Shown here: one piece after another, positions 7,651 to 16,693 of the stretch | Layout of the letters: every line of letters begins with the position of its first letter | Position numbering within the stretch: position 1 is the stretch's first letter | Assembly: GCA_024280935.1 (NCBI GenBank) | Contig: JAJRPE010000175.1 | Location: 1-52,702, forward strand | Length of the DNA: 52,702 nt | DNA from: Candidatus Hydrogenedentota bacterium | GTDB taxonomy: Bacteria > Hydrogenedentota > Hydrogenedentia > Hydrogenedentales > JAEUWI01 | Reading direction: 5' to 3' | The notes under the pieces: generated by a model | Seen by the model: the letters and a program-made list of their open reading frames with translations, nothing else | Databases searched by the model: none | What the model was told of the DNA's origin: nothing | Made by a program: the position numbers and the translations under genes

Positions 7651-9789
7651 ATGTATTACTCCATTCGCATGTTGATTCTATCGCTGTTCATCCTCAGTAC
7701 AGTCGAGGGGGCTTCGGGCGAATCGGCCCAAACCGCCTTCCAGACGGCTTCGCCCTTCTCGCCCCGCCTGGACGTTGGATCAGACCAAGCCATCGTCTAC
7801 GGGGTCAACGCCTCCTTCAATGACCGACTGGCCTCGTGGCGGGCAGCCAACTACGAAACCGCCTTCATGACGGGCATTTCGTGGGGGGGCTACGATGCCT
7901 ATTACGGTGCCGATCCACGCCGGATAGCGGAAGAAATCCAAACCGACAAGCAGGGCAAACGCATCATGCACGGGCATAGCACGACGGTAGGCTACAACGT
8001 GCCCACGCCCGCCTATCTCGACTTCCTCAAGGCCCATATTATGCCTGCCATTGAAGCGGGCGTGGAAACCTACTACCTGGAGGAACCGGAGTACTGGGCC
8101 GTCACCGGTTGGAGCCAGGGCTTCAAGGATACCTGGCAGTCCTATTACGGAACGCCCTGGGTGGAGCCAGACAGCAGTGTGGATGCCCAGTTTAAGGCCA
8201 GCCGCCTCAAGTACGAGCTTTACTACAACGCCTTAAGCGAGGTCTTTGATCATATCAAGAGCGAAGGGAAAGCACGAGGCTTCGAGGCAAAGTGCTTCGT
8301 CCCCACCCACAGTCTCCTGAGCTACGCCCAGATTCGCATGATAAGCCCCGAATCTCACCTAATGGACCTCGATAGCGCCGATGGCTACCTCGCCCAGGTC
8401 TGGACGGGGACGGCCCGGATGCCCAATCAATACGGTGGGATCGTGAAAGAGCGCACCTTTGAAACCGCCTTTCTGGAATATGGCCAGATGCTGAGCATGG
8501 TGCGGCCAAGCGGGCGCACGGTGTGGTTTCTCGCCGATCCCGTCGAGGACGACCCCAACCACACGTGGGCCGATTACGAAAAAAACTACAAACTCACCCT
8601 GGCAGCTTCCTTGTTTTGGCCCGATGTTCATCGATTCGAGGTTATGCCCTGGCCCCACCGTGTTTTCAACGGTGTCTATCCCCTTGAAGAGGGCAACGCG
8701 GAAAAGAAGGGCCCCATGCCCGCCGCCTATGCTGTTCCCCTGATGGCGTCCATCAATGCGCTGAATGACATGGATCAAAAGGATATTCAGCGGGATATGG
8801 GGAGCGAAGGCATCGGGGTGATCGTATCCGACACCCTCATGTTTCAGCGGGTCAATCCACATCCGAGCGCCCCCCACCTGGGTTCCTTCTTTGGACTTGC
8901 CCTGCCCTTGCTCAAACACGGCGTGCCCGTGGAGCCGGTGCAACTGGAGCAAATTCTCCAGCCCGGTGCGCTGGACGCGTACAACGTTCTATTGTTGACC
9001 TATGAAGGCCAGAAACCCCTTCGGGCCGACTATCACGAGGCCCTCGAACACTGGGTCCGCAAGGGCGGTGCCCTCATCGTCGTGGGGGATGGCAAGGATC
9101 CCTATCATCAAGTCCAGGCCTGGTGGAATGGCGAGGGTACCCTAAATGACGATGCCTACCAGGATCTCTACCGTCGGCTGGGGATAGAGGAAGGGGCCTA
9201 CGAGTCCGTCCAAGCGGTGGGAGAGGGCTGTGTGCGCATCCTTTGCGAATCACCCGCCGATTTGCAGCAACAGGCCGATGGGCCGGAGAAGGTCCGCACG
9301 CTCGTGCGGGACGTGTTGAAGCATCAGGGCCAAACGCTGGAAACACAAAACTACCTGGTGTTGTGGCGCGGGCCTTATGTCATCGCCATGGGACTGGATG
9401 AGAGCCTGCCGGGCGCACCCAAGATCCTCAAGGGCCCCTTTATCGACCTTTTTCATCCCGAGTTGGCCCTTGTGGAAGAGGTGACCCTGGTCCCCGGCAC
9501 ACCACGCCTCCTTTACGACCTCGGCAAGCTGGTCGAGGGTGGCGCTATGGTGCCCGTCGCCTCCGCCCGGGTGAAAAACATCCGTCGCCCGCAGGGCAAG
9601 GTATTGATGGATACGCGGGGTCCCCAAGGCACCGAAGCAATTTTGTGGATGAGCGCCCCGTCGGCCCCAAGGGAGGTCCGCCTTGACACGGGGGCGGCGA
9701 TACAGTTCCAATGGAATCCGGCCCACGAGTTCCTCTGCCTACGCTTCGCCAATCAGGGAGAACGCTTGGGGGTGGCAGTGGCATTCTAA
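7651..9789 (+). CDS. Secreted hypothetical protein (712 aa), possibly glycoside-hydrolase-like with three domains
   Basis: N-terminal signal MYYSIRMLILSLFILSTVEGA. Long, intact, non-repetitive ORF with normal codon usage. YYLEEPEYW and a mid-region ALIVVGDGKD loosely resemble a TIM-barrel + GATase-like layout. No family recognised with certainty. Confidence 0.75.
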   Translation: MYYSIRMLILSLFILSTVEGASGESAQTAFQTASPFSPRLDVGSDQAIVYGVNASFNDRLASWRAANYETAFMTGISWGGYDAYYGADPRRIAEEIQTDKQGKRIMHGHSTTVGYNVPTPAYLDFLKAHIMPAIEAGVETYYLEEPEYWAVTGWSQGFKDTWQSYYGTPWVEPDSSVDAQFKASRLKYELYYNALSEVFDHIKSEGKARGFEAKCFVPTHSLLSYAQIRMISPESHLMDLDSADGYLAQVWTGTARMPNQYGGIVKERTFETAFLEYGQMLSMVRPSGRTVWFLADPVEDDPNHTWADYEKNYKLTLAASLFWPDVHRFEVMPWPHRVFNGVYPLEEGNAEKKGPMPAAYAVPLMASINALNDMDQKDIQRDMGSEGIGVIVSDTLMFQRVNPHPSAPHLGSFFGLALPLLKHGVPVEPVQLEQILQPGALDAYNVLLLTYEGQKPLRADYHEALEHWVRKGGALIVVGDGKDPYHQVQAWWNGEGTLNDDAYQDLYRRLGIEEGAYESVQAVGEGCVRILCESPADLQQQADGPEKVRTLVRDVLKHQGQTLETQNYLVLWRGPYVIAMGLDESLPGAPKILKGPFIDLFHPELALVEEVTLVPGTPRLLYDLGKLVEGGAMVPVASARVKNIRRPQGKVLMDTRGPQGTEAILWMSAPSAPREVRLDTGAAIQFQWNPAHEFLCLRFANQGERLGVAVAF

Positions 9790-9861
9790 GATGGGGTAGG
9801 ATCATGGAAATTGAGTCCGATGACTCATCGACTTGGGAATCTTCCAGCCGTTTCTTAACGA

Positions 9862-9989
9862 TTCACGGCCCCAAAAAGCTCCCCTCCTTGGAGGGGCTGG
9901 GGGTGGGTCAGTTGCATCGTGCATAAGGAAACCCACCCCTAACCCCTCCCAGGAGGGGAATAAGACCGTTGGCTTCGCCAACAAAAATG
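9862..9989. repeat. H-type repeat with nested palindrome (CCCCTCCTTGGAGGGG...GGGGTGGGT / ACCCACCCC...CCCCTCCCAGGAGGGG)
   Basis: The outer part ttcacggcccc aaaaagctcccctccttgg...ggggaataagaccgttggcttcgccaacaaaaatg matches 17558-17630. The inner 62 bp is an extra nested palindrome. Confidence 0.85.
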
Positions 9990-10084
9990 CGCCGTTAGGG
10001 TTATTTCAACGGGTTCTTTTGACCTATAATGCAGCGGGCATGGTCCCGCCTTGATAGTAGTGCGTACTTATTTCGGAGTTTAAG

Positions 10085-12523
10085 ATGATTGAAGACCGGT
10101 TTGTAGACCAGATCAGTGCGCGGGTTGGCGCGAAGCCAACCCAGGTGAAGGTCGCCATTGAGTTTTTTGACAAGGGAGCGACCATCCCGTTTGTGGCGCG
10201 GTACCGCAAAGACGCGACCGGAAATCTGGACGAAGTCAAGCTGGAAAAAATTGAATCCCTCAATACCCAGGCCATAGCTTTCACCAATCGTCGCAACGCC
10301 GTGCTTGAGAATATCGGGAAGCAAGAGAAGCTGACGCCCGCCCTCAAGAAACAGATAGAGGATTGCATGGACCCGGTGATTCTTGAAGATCTCTATCTGC
10401 CTTTCAAGAAGGCCCGCAAGACCAAGGCCACCGTGGCGCGCGAGCAGGGTCTGGAACCCCTGGCAGAGATTATCTGGGGCCAAGCCGACACCGGGAAAAA
10501 ACCGGAGGAAGAGGCTGCCGCCTACGTGAGCGAGGAAAAGAACGTTGCCGATACCGAGGCCGCGTTGCAGGGCGCCCGCAATATACTGGCCGAGCGGATG
10601 GCGCAAGACGCCGAACTACGCCAACATGCCCGCAACGTGTTTCACGAGGAGGGAGTGCTCACCACCTCCGCCACCAAGAACACCGAAGGGCAGAAGACCA
10701 AATTTGAAGCCTACTACGACTTCAAAGAGCCGATTAAGTCGATGCCGTCCCACCGTCTCCTGGCCGTGCTGCGCGGTGTGCGCAAAGGATTTCTCCGCAT
10801 GGACCTCGCGGTCAACGATGAAGCTATCCGCAGCGATATGTTGAGTCGTTTCTGCACCGACGCTGACGGACCCTTCGCCGCACAACTTGAGTTGGTGGTC
10901 GAGGACAGCTACAAGCGCTTGATTCAGGCAACCATCGAAAACGAGGTAATTCAGGCGGCCCGCACCACTGCGGACGAGGCTGCGACCCAGGTTTTTCGTG
11001 AAAACGCGGAAAACCTTCTGCTCGCGTCGCCTGCGGGGCACAAGCCTGTTCTGGGGGTGGATCCTGGAATTCGCACGGGTTCCAAGCTGGCGGTCATTGA
11101 TGGCCAGGGCACCTACCACGAGAGTGCCACCGTCTATCCCACGGAACCCAAGAAGGACGAGGCCGGTGCGACGACTGCACTGCTGAAACTCATCAAAGGC
11201 CACAACGTGGAATTCATCGCCATAGGCAATGGCACCGGCTCCAAGGAGATCAACCAGTTTATTCGCAAGGTCTTGAAGGAAAATGAGCTGGCATCGATTA
11301 CAACGGTTCTGGTAAACGAAGCGGGAGCCTCGATCTACTCTGCTTCGGAAGTGGCCCGCACGGAGTTTCCTGATTTGGATCTTACGATTCGCGGGGCCAT
11401 TTCCATCGCCCGTCGCCTTCAGGACCCCCTCGCCGAGCTGGTAAAGCTGGAGCCCCGCCATGTCGGGGTCGGACAGTACCAACACGACGTGAACCAACGG
11501 CAGCTCCGGGATGGACTCACGAAGACCATCGAGTCGTGTGTAAACCGTGTGGGCGTGGATCTAAACACAGCATCGGTTGAATTGCTACGGTATGTTAGTG
11601 GCATTCAGCAAAACACGGCCCAGAATATCGTCGCGCACCGCATAGAAAAGGGTCCTTTTGTCAACCGTACCCAGTTGACAGACGTGTCAGGGGTCGGCGA
11701 GAAGACCTATGAGCAGTGCATCGGATTCCTCCGCATACAAGACGGTACGGAACCCTTGGACCAGACCGCGATTCACCCCGAAGCCTATGGTGTCGTTGCG
11801 GCCATGGCGGAAGGCCTGTCTGTTGAACCCGCAAAGCTCATCCGCGCAAAGGAACTGGTCGACAAACTGAATTTGGACGATTTCGCCAGCGGGACGGTGG
11901 GGACGCTGGCCTTGTCCGACATCAAGCGCGAGCTTCTGCGACCAGGCCGGGACCCCCGAAGCGTCTTCAAGGCCCCTGAATTCCTGGATGGTGTCGATGA
12001 TGTCAAGGATCTGGAAGTTGGCATGGTCAGTGAAGGCGCGGTGACCAATGTAACTGACTTCGGGGCATTCGTTGATATCGGTGTTCACCAGGACGGCTTG
12101 GTCCATCTCTCCGAATTGGCGAACCGGTTCATAAAAGATCCCCACGAAGTGGTGAAGGTAGGGCAGATAGTGCGCGTGAAGGTTATCAAGATCGATACCG
12201 AACTCCAAAGGGTTTCTCTGTCCATCAAAGCATTGCAATCTCCGCCGAAGCCACGAGAACGTGATAAGAGTCGGGGGGCCGAGGGTGGGAAGCCGACCGA
12301 GAAGTCGGGTAACCGACCGACAAGTGGCGGCGCGAGGCCCCAATCTCGCCGCAAGCCCAAGCACGCCAAGAGCGAGGGCACGTCGGGAAAGCAACGCCCC
12401 CGAAAATCGGACCGAGAAAAGGGTAGTGGTACCCGCAATAAACCGGGCGGCGCGCAGGAGAATATGAATACCTTGCTCGCTGACCAACTGGCCGCCCTGA
12501 AAGACAAATTTGGCAGTCGCTAG
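10085..12523 (+). CDS. tex: Tex-like transcription accessory protein (YqgF/HHH/S1 domains) with basic C-terminal tail
   Basis: GATIPFVARYRKDATGNLDE, VLGVDPGIRTGSKLAVID, and S1 domain VGMVSEGAVTNVTDFGAFVDIGVHQDGLVHLSEL. The last 95 aa or so are K/R/G/P-rich. Confidence 0.95.
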   Translation: MIEDRFVDQISARVGAKPTQVKVAIEFFDKGATIPFVARYRKDATGNLDEVKLEKIESLNTQAIAFTNRRNAVLENIGKQEKLTPALKKQIEDCMDPVILEDLYLPFKKARKTKATVAREQGLEPLAEIIWGQADTGKKPEEEAAAYVSEEKNVADTEAALQGARNILAERMAQDAELRQHARNVFHEEGVLTTSATKNTEGQKTKFEAYYDFKEPIKSMPSHRLLAVLRGVRKGFLRMDLAVNDEAIRSDMLSRFCTDADGPFAAQLELVVEDSYKRLIQATIENEVIQAARTTADEAATQVFRENAENLLLASPAGHKPVLGVDPGIRTGSKLAVIDGQGTYHESATVYPTEPKKDEAGATTALLKLIKGHNVEFIAIGNGTGSKEINQFIRKVLKENELASITTVLVNEAGASIYSASEVARTEFPDLDLTIRGAISIARRLQDPLAELVKLEPRHVGVGQYQHDVNQRQLRDGLTKTIESCVNRVGVDLNTASVELLRYVSGIQQNTAQNIVAHRIEKGPFVNRTQLTDVSGVGEKTYEQCIGFLRIQDGTEPLDQTAIHPEAYGVVAAMAEGLSVEPAKLIRAKELVDKLNLDDFASGTVGTLALSDIKRELLRPGRDPRSVFKAPEFLDGVDDVKDLEVGMVSEGAVTNVTDFGAFVDIGVHQDGLVHLSELANRFIKDPHEVVKVGQIVRVKVIKIDTELQRVSLSIKALQSPPKPRERDKSRGAEGGKPTEKSGNRPTSGGARPQSRRKPKHAKSEGTSGKQRPRKSDREKGSGTRNKPGGAQENMNTLLADQLAALKDKFGSR

Positions 12524-12568
12524 GGCAACTTATTAGTATTAATAGTGATAAATAGGCGATTGTTTGTC

Positions 12569-12597
12569 TTGACATTCTTGCGGGCGTATGCTACGGT
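12569..12597 (+). promoter_or_regulatory. Candidate sigma-70 promoter upstream of the dksA-like gene
   Basis: TTGACA (12569-12574), 17 nt, then TGcTACGGT (extended -10 type). It would give a leader of about 175 nt containing the hairpin cagcttca-ggactcat-tgaagctg. Confidence 0.4.
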
Positions 12598-12780
12598 TTT
12601 CCAGCTTCAGGACTCATTGAAGCTGCGTTGCCAGCGTGGTCGAGTAACGTGCGTTGTGAAACCCGCAGGGAACCCGTCTAACTGGGCAATTTCTTCGCCT
12701 TGCTGGTACAATTGCCATGTTCCATCGCTGTAGCAAGGGGCAAGCCGGTCAGAACCGGAAATGCAGGAGACAAACGCAGT

Positions 12781-13149
12781 ATGAATAAGCGCGATTTAAA
12801 AAAGTTTGAAAAGCTGCTGAGGGCCGAGCGAGAACGGCTTACGGGCAGCATCAAGAATATTGAAGATGCGTCCCGATACGAATCCGGGCGCGACAATAGC
12901 GGTGATTTATCCAGCTACGCCGAATCCGGCACGGACAATTTCGAACTGGAAACGGCACTCAATATCGCCAGCGGCGAATCCAATTGGCTCAGTGAGGTTA
13001 CCGAAGCCCTTGGGCGGGTGCAAGATGGCACCTTCGGCAAATGCGAGGGATGTGAAGCCGATATCCCAAGGAAACGCCTGGAGGCGTTCCCATCGGCGAA
13101 ATTCTGTATTGTCTGCCAGGAAGATATCGAAAAGCAGAACGCTTATTAG
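12781..13149 (+). CDS. DksA/TraR-family C4 zinc-finger protein
   Basis: A coiled-coil N-terminal part, then CEGC-x17-CIVC. AGGAG lies 11 nt upstream of ATG 12781. The longer ORF from 12700 has no support. Confidence 0.88.
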   Translation: MNKRDLKKFEKLLRAERERLTGSIKNIEDASRYESGRDNSGDLSSYAESGTDNFELETALNIASGESNWLSEVTEALGRVQDGTFGKCEGCEADIPRKRLEAFPSAKFCIVCQEDIEKQNAY

Positions 13150-13430
13150 TGCCTTCCTCATAGAGCCTCGAACACGCGCTTTCCGGGAGTGTCCAAGGGG
13201 CTGGAGGAAGGGCGTAATAGAAGAACACCACGGACACTGTGCCGCCCTTTCAGGGCTGTTATTATTTCTTCATTCTAACCCAAAGGCGTTGCCCTGGGCT
13301 AACCTGTTGTGCCCCTTCGGGGCGCTGACCCCATAATCCAAGGCTATAATAGCGCCTCCCCGCTTCGTACGTTCGAAACCGCGTTGCCAGCGGAGTGTGC
13401 TATGCACCAAAAGATATGGGTAAAGACAAG

Positions 13431-13643
13431 GTAAGCGTTCACGGCCCATGCCATCTTGGCCCTTTAAAAACAACAGTCGGGTGCCATGGGTAGGCCTCTG
13501 AGGGCTTACCTGTGTAGTTCCTATCGGTGAGGGAGACGACCCAAAACCAGAGACAGTGCATCTGCACGGGTAAACCCTACCGGGCCTACCCGTGGCACTC
13601 GACGGTCTTTTTGTTGACTATAGTTGCCCGTTCCAACGCTTAC
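13431..13643. mobile_element. MITE (213 bp) with termini GTAAGCGTTCACGG / CCAACGCTTAC and a perfect 8-bp TSD AAGACAAG; cargo is an inverted pair of A-type units
   Basis: AAGACAAG occurs at 13423-13430 and again at 13644-13651, immediately outside the inverted termini. The interior holds A units at 13476-13517 and 13565-13603. Confidence 0.8.
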
Positions 13644-13719
13644 AAGACAAGAAACTCGTACGGATGCACGCTGAACATCGTAAGTACATCCTGCGAAACC
13701 TATAAGGTCGCTTCACACT

Positions 13720-14568
13720 ATGTATCCCACCATTCTTGAGCTGGGTCCGATAACGATTCATTCCTACGGCCTGATGATTGCCTTGGGCTTTATCACCATC
13801 CTCTATTTCATGCAACGGGATGCCAAGCGGGTCGATGTTGATCCCCAGGCAATCGCGGACATGGCCTTCTGGTCCTTGCTAATTGGTGTCGCGTCCTCGC
13901 GTTTCTTCCACGTTATCATGTATCCAGAGCACTATACTTGGGGCGATCCCTTCGGATGGATTGACGTGCGGCGGGGGGGATTGGTCTTTCAAGGGGCCGT
14001 TCCTACCGTCGTGTTGTATGTGGCCTGGTCGCTGAGACGGCGTAAACTATCCTTTCGAACCGTGGCCGATGTCGTCATGCCCTATGTGTCGGTAGCCCAG
14101 GCCTTCGGGCGTGTGGGCTGTTTCTTAAAGGGGTGTTGCCATGGTTCGCGGGCCGACGAGCTTTTCTGGGGCGTGCGGTTCCCGCAAGAAAGTCCAGCCT
14201 TTGCAACCCACCAGCGCCACTATCCGAACTTTCCCGCTGATGCCACGTTGTCTTACCCTGTTCACCCCACGCAGCTTTACAGCATTGCCCTGCTTCTGGG
14301 CATGTGCGGCCTTCTCTTGTTGTTGCGCAGCAAGCGCCCCTTCGAAGGTGCCACCTTCCCGGCCTACTTTGCCTTGTATGGCATCTGTCGTTTTATTGTG
14401 GAGATTTTTCGCGGGGACGGCAATCCGACCAGCACCTGGCTCGGCATTGATTTTACGACCCAGCAATTGTTCTGCCTCGGCATGATAGTCTTCGCCATCG
14501 TGGCGTGGATCATTATGAAAGCTACCCGCGACAAGAATGCCGATCCGACCTTTCCAACGCCAGGATAA
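13720..14568 (+). CDS. lgt: Prolipoprotein diacylglyceryl transferase
   Basis: ITIHSYGLMIALGF, GRVGCFLKGCCHG, HPTQLYS, and multiple TM segments. Confidence 0.9.
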   Translation: MYPTILELGPITIHSYGLMIALGFITILYFMQRDAKRVDVDPQAIADMAFWSLLIGVASSRFFHVIMYPEHYTWGDPFGWIDVRRGGLVFQGAVPTVVLYVAWSLRRRKLSFRTVADVVMPYVSVAQAFGRVGCFLKGCCHGSRADELFWGVRFPQESPAFATHQRHYPNFPADATLSYPVHPTQLYSIALLLGMCGLLLLLRSKRPFEGATFPAYFALYGICRFIVEIFRGDGNPTSTWLGIDFTTQQLFCLGMIVFAIVAWIIMKATRDKNADPTFPTPG

Positions 14569-14666
14569 TCGTTCGGAGTCTACCCCTTGGCAATTTGGTC
14601 TTCCTGAACACTTTCGGTATACTGTTTTCAGTAGATTGTAATAGGCTCACAATCTTGGGAGTCCCT

Positions 14667-15569
14667 ATGTGGCGCTTTGTGCATGTGACTGATCCGCATC
14701 TTGCAAGTCAACGCGATGGCATTTGGAACAATCGTTTTCTTTGTACCATGATGCCCGATGTTATGGCGTGCCTGAGAAAGGACCTGGCGGGCCTGAAACC
14801 CGACTTTATGCTTCTCACGGGGGATATTGTCAGCGCCCAGACACGGGCGGCCATGTTCGAGGCGCGGGACGAAGTAGAACGCCTGGGTGTCCCCTATTAT
14901 CCGATGGGGGGAAATCACGACTTTGTGCTGGAGGAATCGCGGGCGTGGTTCCTTGATGCCTTTAATGAGCGTCTGCCGGAGCCGCGCACTTACTATTCAT
15001 TCAGCCACAAGAATCTTCACTTTTGTGTTTTGGATGCCTGGTGGATGTGGTCCGATGGCTCACTGAACGAGACTAGCGAGGCCAGTGTCATGGAGGACCT
15101 GGACCAATCGCTCGAAGGCGCACGGTGGGCCGTGCCCCCCCATATACTCGACTGGCTGGAGGAAGATCTGGCGTTGCATGCGGACACGGCCACGGTGATT
15201 GCGGTCCACTATCCGGTAGTCCCGATTCCCATGCGCCTTCACAGGCCGGAGTTCAACAACGGGGGATGCCTCGAAAATGGCGATCTGCTCTTGGCATGTT
15301 TCGCCAATCATCCGCAGGTAAAGGCAATCTTTTCCGGGCACGTACACATGCATTTTGTGGAGCAAGTCAATCGTCTTACCCAAATCGTTACGGGGGCGCT
15401 ACCCGAGTATCCGACAGAGTTTCGTGACGTGCAAGTCTATTCAGACCGTATGGAAATACAGACCCTGGGCCTGAGCAATGGCGAGTTTGCCCAACGGTCG
15501 CTCTTGCCCGGAAAAGAATGGACGGCGGGCGAAAGGTGTGACCGAAAAGTGATTGTTCCCTTGATGTGA
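14667..15569 (+). CDS. Calcineurin-like metallophosphoesterase
   Basis: MWRFVHVTDPHL, TGDIV, GGNHD, SGHVH. ATG 14667 is preferred because the upstream part of the 14505 ORF overlaps lgt. Confidence 0.85.
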   Translation: MWRFVHVTDPHLASQRDGIWNNRFLCTMMPDVMACLRKDLAGLKPDFMLLTGDIVSAQTRAAMFEARDEVERLGVPYYPMGGNHDFVLEESRAWFLDAFNERLPEPRTYYSFSHKNLHFCVLDAWWMWSDGSLNETSEASVMEDLDQSLEGARWAVPPHILDWLEEDLALHADTATVIAVHYPVVPIPMRLHRPEFNNGGCLENGDLLLACFANHPQVKAIFSGHVHMHFVEQVNRLTQIVTGALPEYPTEFRDVQVYSDRMEIQTLGLSNGEFAQRSLLPGKEWTAGERCDRKVIVPLM

Positions 15570-15575
15570 TGCGCT

Positions 15576-16058
15576 TTATTTTGGAGGCACCGTTAGTGCA
15601 AACACGAGCACCAATTCTTTACCCCCCTTTTGTTTGAGTCCCCGAACCACGAGTTGTTTATCTGGTTGCAGCAATAACTCGGTGGAAACTGCTTCGATTT
15701 CTTTGGGCGGCTTATCGGTTGTCTTCATCAGGATCCGAAGGCGAAGGCGAAGGCGACCATCGGAAGTGGCGACCGGTGGTTTCGTCTCAAGCGTGTAGGT
15801 CTTGGTGATCATTATTCGGGTGAGTCCATCCGCCAAGAGGGTGTGCTTGCCCGTATGCACTTTGCGATAGGTATCGTGTGGCAGCGCTGACAGTACACGT
15901 TCTATCGCCTCCAGCCCCTTGTCGTACTGGGGCTTCTCACGCTTTTCGGTGGTGGCCTCGACAACCCACAGCTTGAGTTCTGAACCCTCCGCAGCTTGGG
16001 CAGCGCTCCAAGGGAAAGCAATCACAGCCAACAAAACGGCGAGAAGACACCGAATCAT
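15576..16058 (-). CDS. Small secreted hypothetical protein (160 aa) downstream of the ECF sigma/anti-sigma pair
   Basis: ATG 16058 gives the signal peptide MIRCLLAVLLAVIAFPWSAAQA. No family recognised. The GTG 16241 extension runs through a repeat motif and does not look protein-like. Confidence 0.6.
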   Translation of the reverse strand: MIRCLLAVLLAVIAFPWSAAQAAEGSELKLWVVEATTEKREKPQYDKGLEAIERVLSALPHDTYRKVHTGKHTLLADGLTRIMITKTYTLETKPPVATSDGRLRLRLRILMKTTDKPPKEIEAVSTELLLQPDKQLVVRGLKQKGGKELVLVFALTVPPK

Positions 16059-16240
16059 TATTGAGACGACCGGGCCAAAGCCAACAAATTCGTGCTGAGT
16101 TGTCCCTCGCAAAACAGGTCCCTTGCTTCCTATAGTACTTCTTGCAAAATCAGGCACTAACGTGGCGGGGCCACAACCGAGATTTATGGTCCCTGGCGCG
16201 CGCCGCCTGAGAATTCTCTTGGTTCTTCCAGATTGAGGCA

Positions 16241-16693
16241 CTAAAAATCATCCTCGGCGATGGAAATCCAGATCGTCGTTACGCCATCATCGGAGATGTC
16301 CCAATGGGCGGTTCCCCCCTCAAGCTGGGTCGAAACCGACTCCACTTCGTTGGCCTTCACAGGCCCCGGCCCGGTAAACATGGAGAAGGTCGCGATGGCA
16401 ATAACCAAGGCCGCCGCCGACAGGCTCATGAGCGCCCAGATGCCGCCGGGCCGCTTTCGCGAATGGGAGACACCCTCGTGAATTCCCTCCATAAAGGCCG
16501 GGAACTGTCCATCGGAGAGGGACGGCGCTTCAGGCAATGCGCCTAAAGCGGAACGCATATGCAGCATCGTCGCACGGTGCCGGGCGCATAAGGCGCAGTC
16601 GGCGATGTGCGCTTCAACCGCGCTATGGTCGTGGGACTCTCCGTCGGTATATGCTTCGACTTTTTGGGTCCATTTACACGTGTTCATAATCAT
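16241..16693 (-). CDS. Anti-sigma factor (zf-HC2 type), single-pass membrane protein
   Basis: H-x3-C-x2-C (HIADCALC), TM segment IWALMSLSAAALVIAIATFSMF, and an ATGA start/stop overlap with the sigma gene at 16690-16693. Confidence 0.8.
   Translation of the reverse strand: MIMNTCKWTQKVEAYTDGESHDHSAVEAHIADCALCARHRATMLHMRSALGALPEAPSLSDGQFPAFMEGIHEGVSHSRKRPGGIWALMSLSAAALVIAIATFSMFTGPGPVKANEVESVSTQLEGGTAHWDISDDGVTTIWISIAEDDF

Noticed and set aside
6796-7823. ORFs 6796-7128(-), 7211-7507(-) and 7326-7823(+) in the 1-kb spacer
   Set aside because: They are read-throughs of REP/L-type palindromes (peptides such as PGVKRGTSVAPG and HPLRGL appear on both strands). They have no RBS and overlap the inverted arms. 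Only the short RAYT-like remnant has coding-type similarity.
12740-12780. SRP-RNA-like string ggtcagaaccggaaatgcagg (resembles GGUCAGGUCCGGAAGGAAGCAGC of 4.5S RNA)
   Set aside because: The similarity is limited to about 15 nt. The flanking sequence cannot form the long SRP helix, and the 3' part is the Shine-Dalgarno (AGGAG) of the dksA-like gene.
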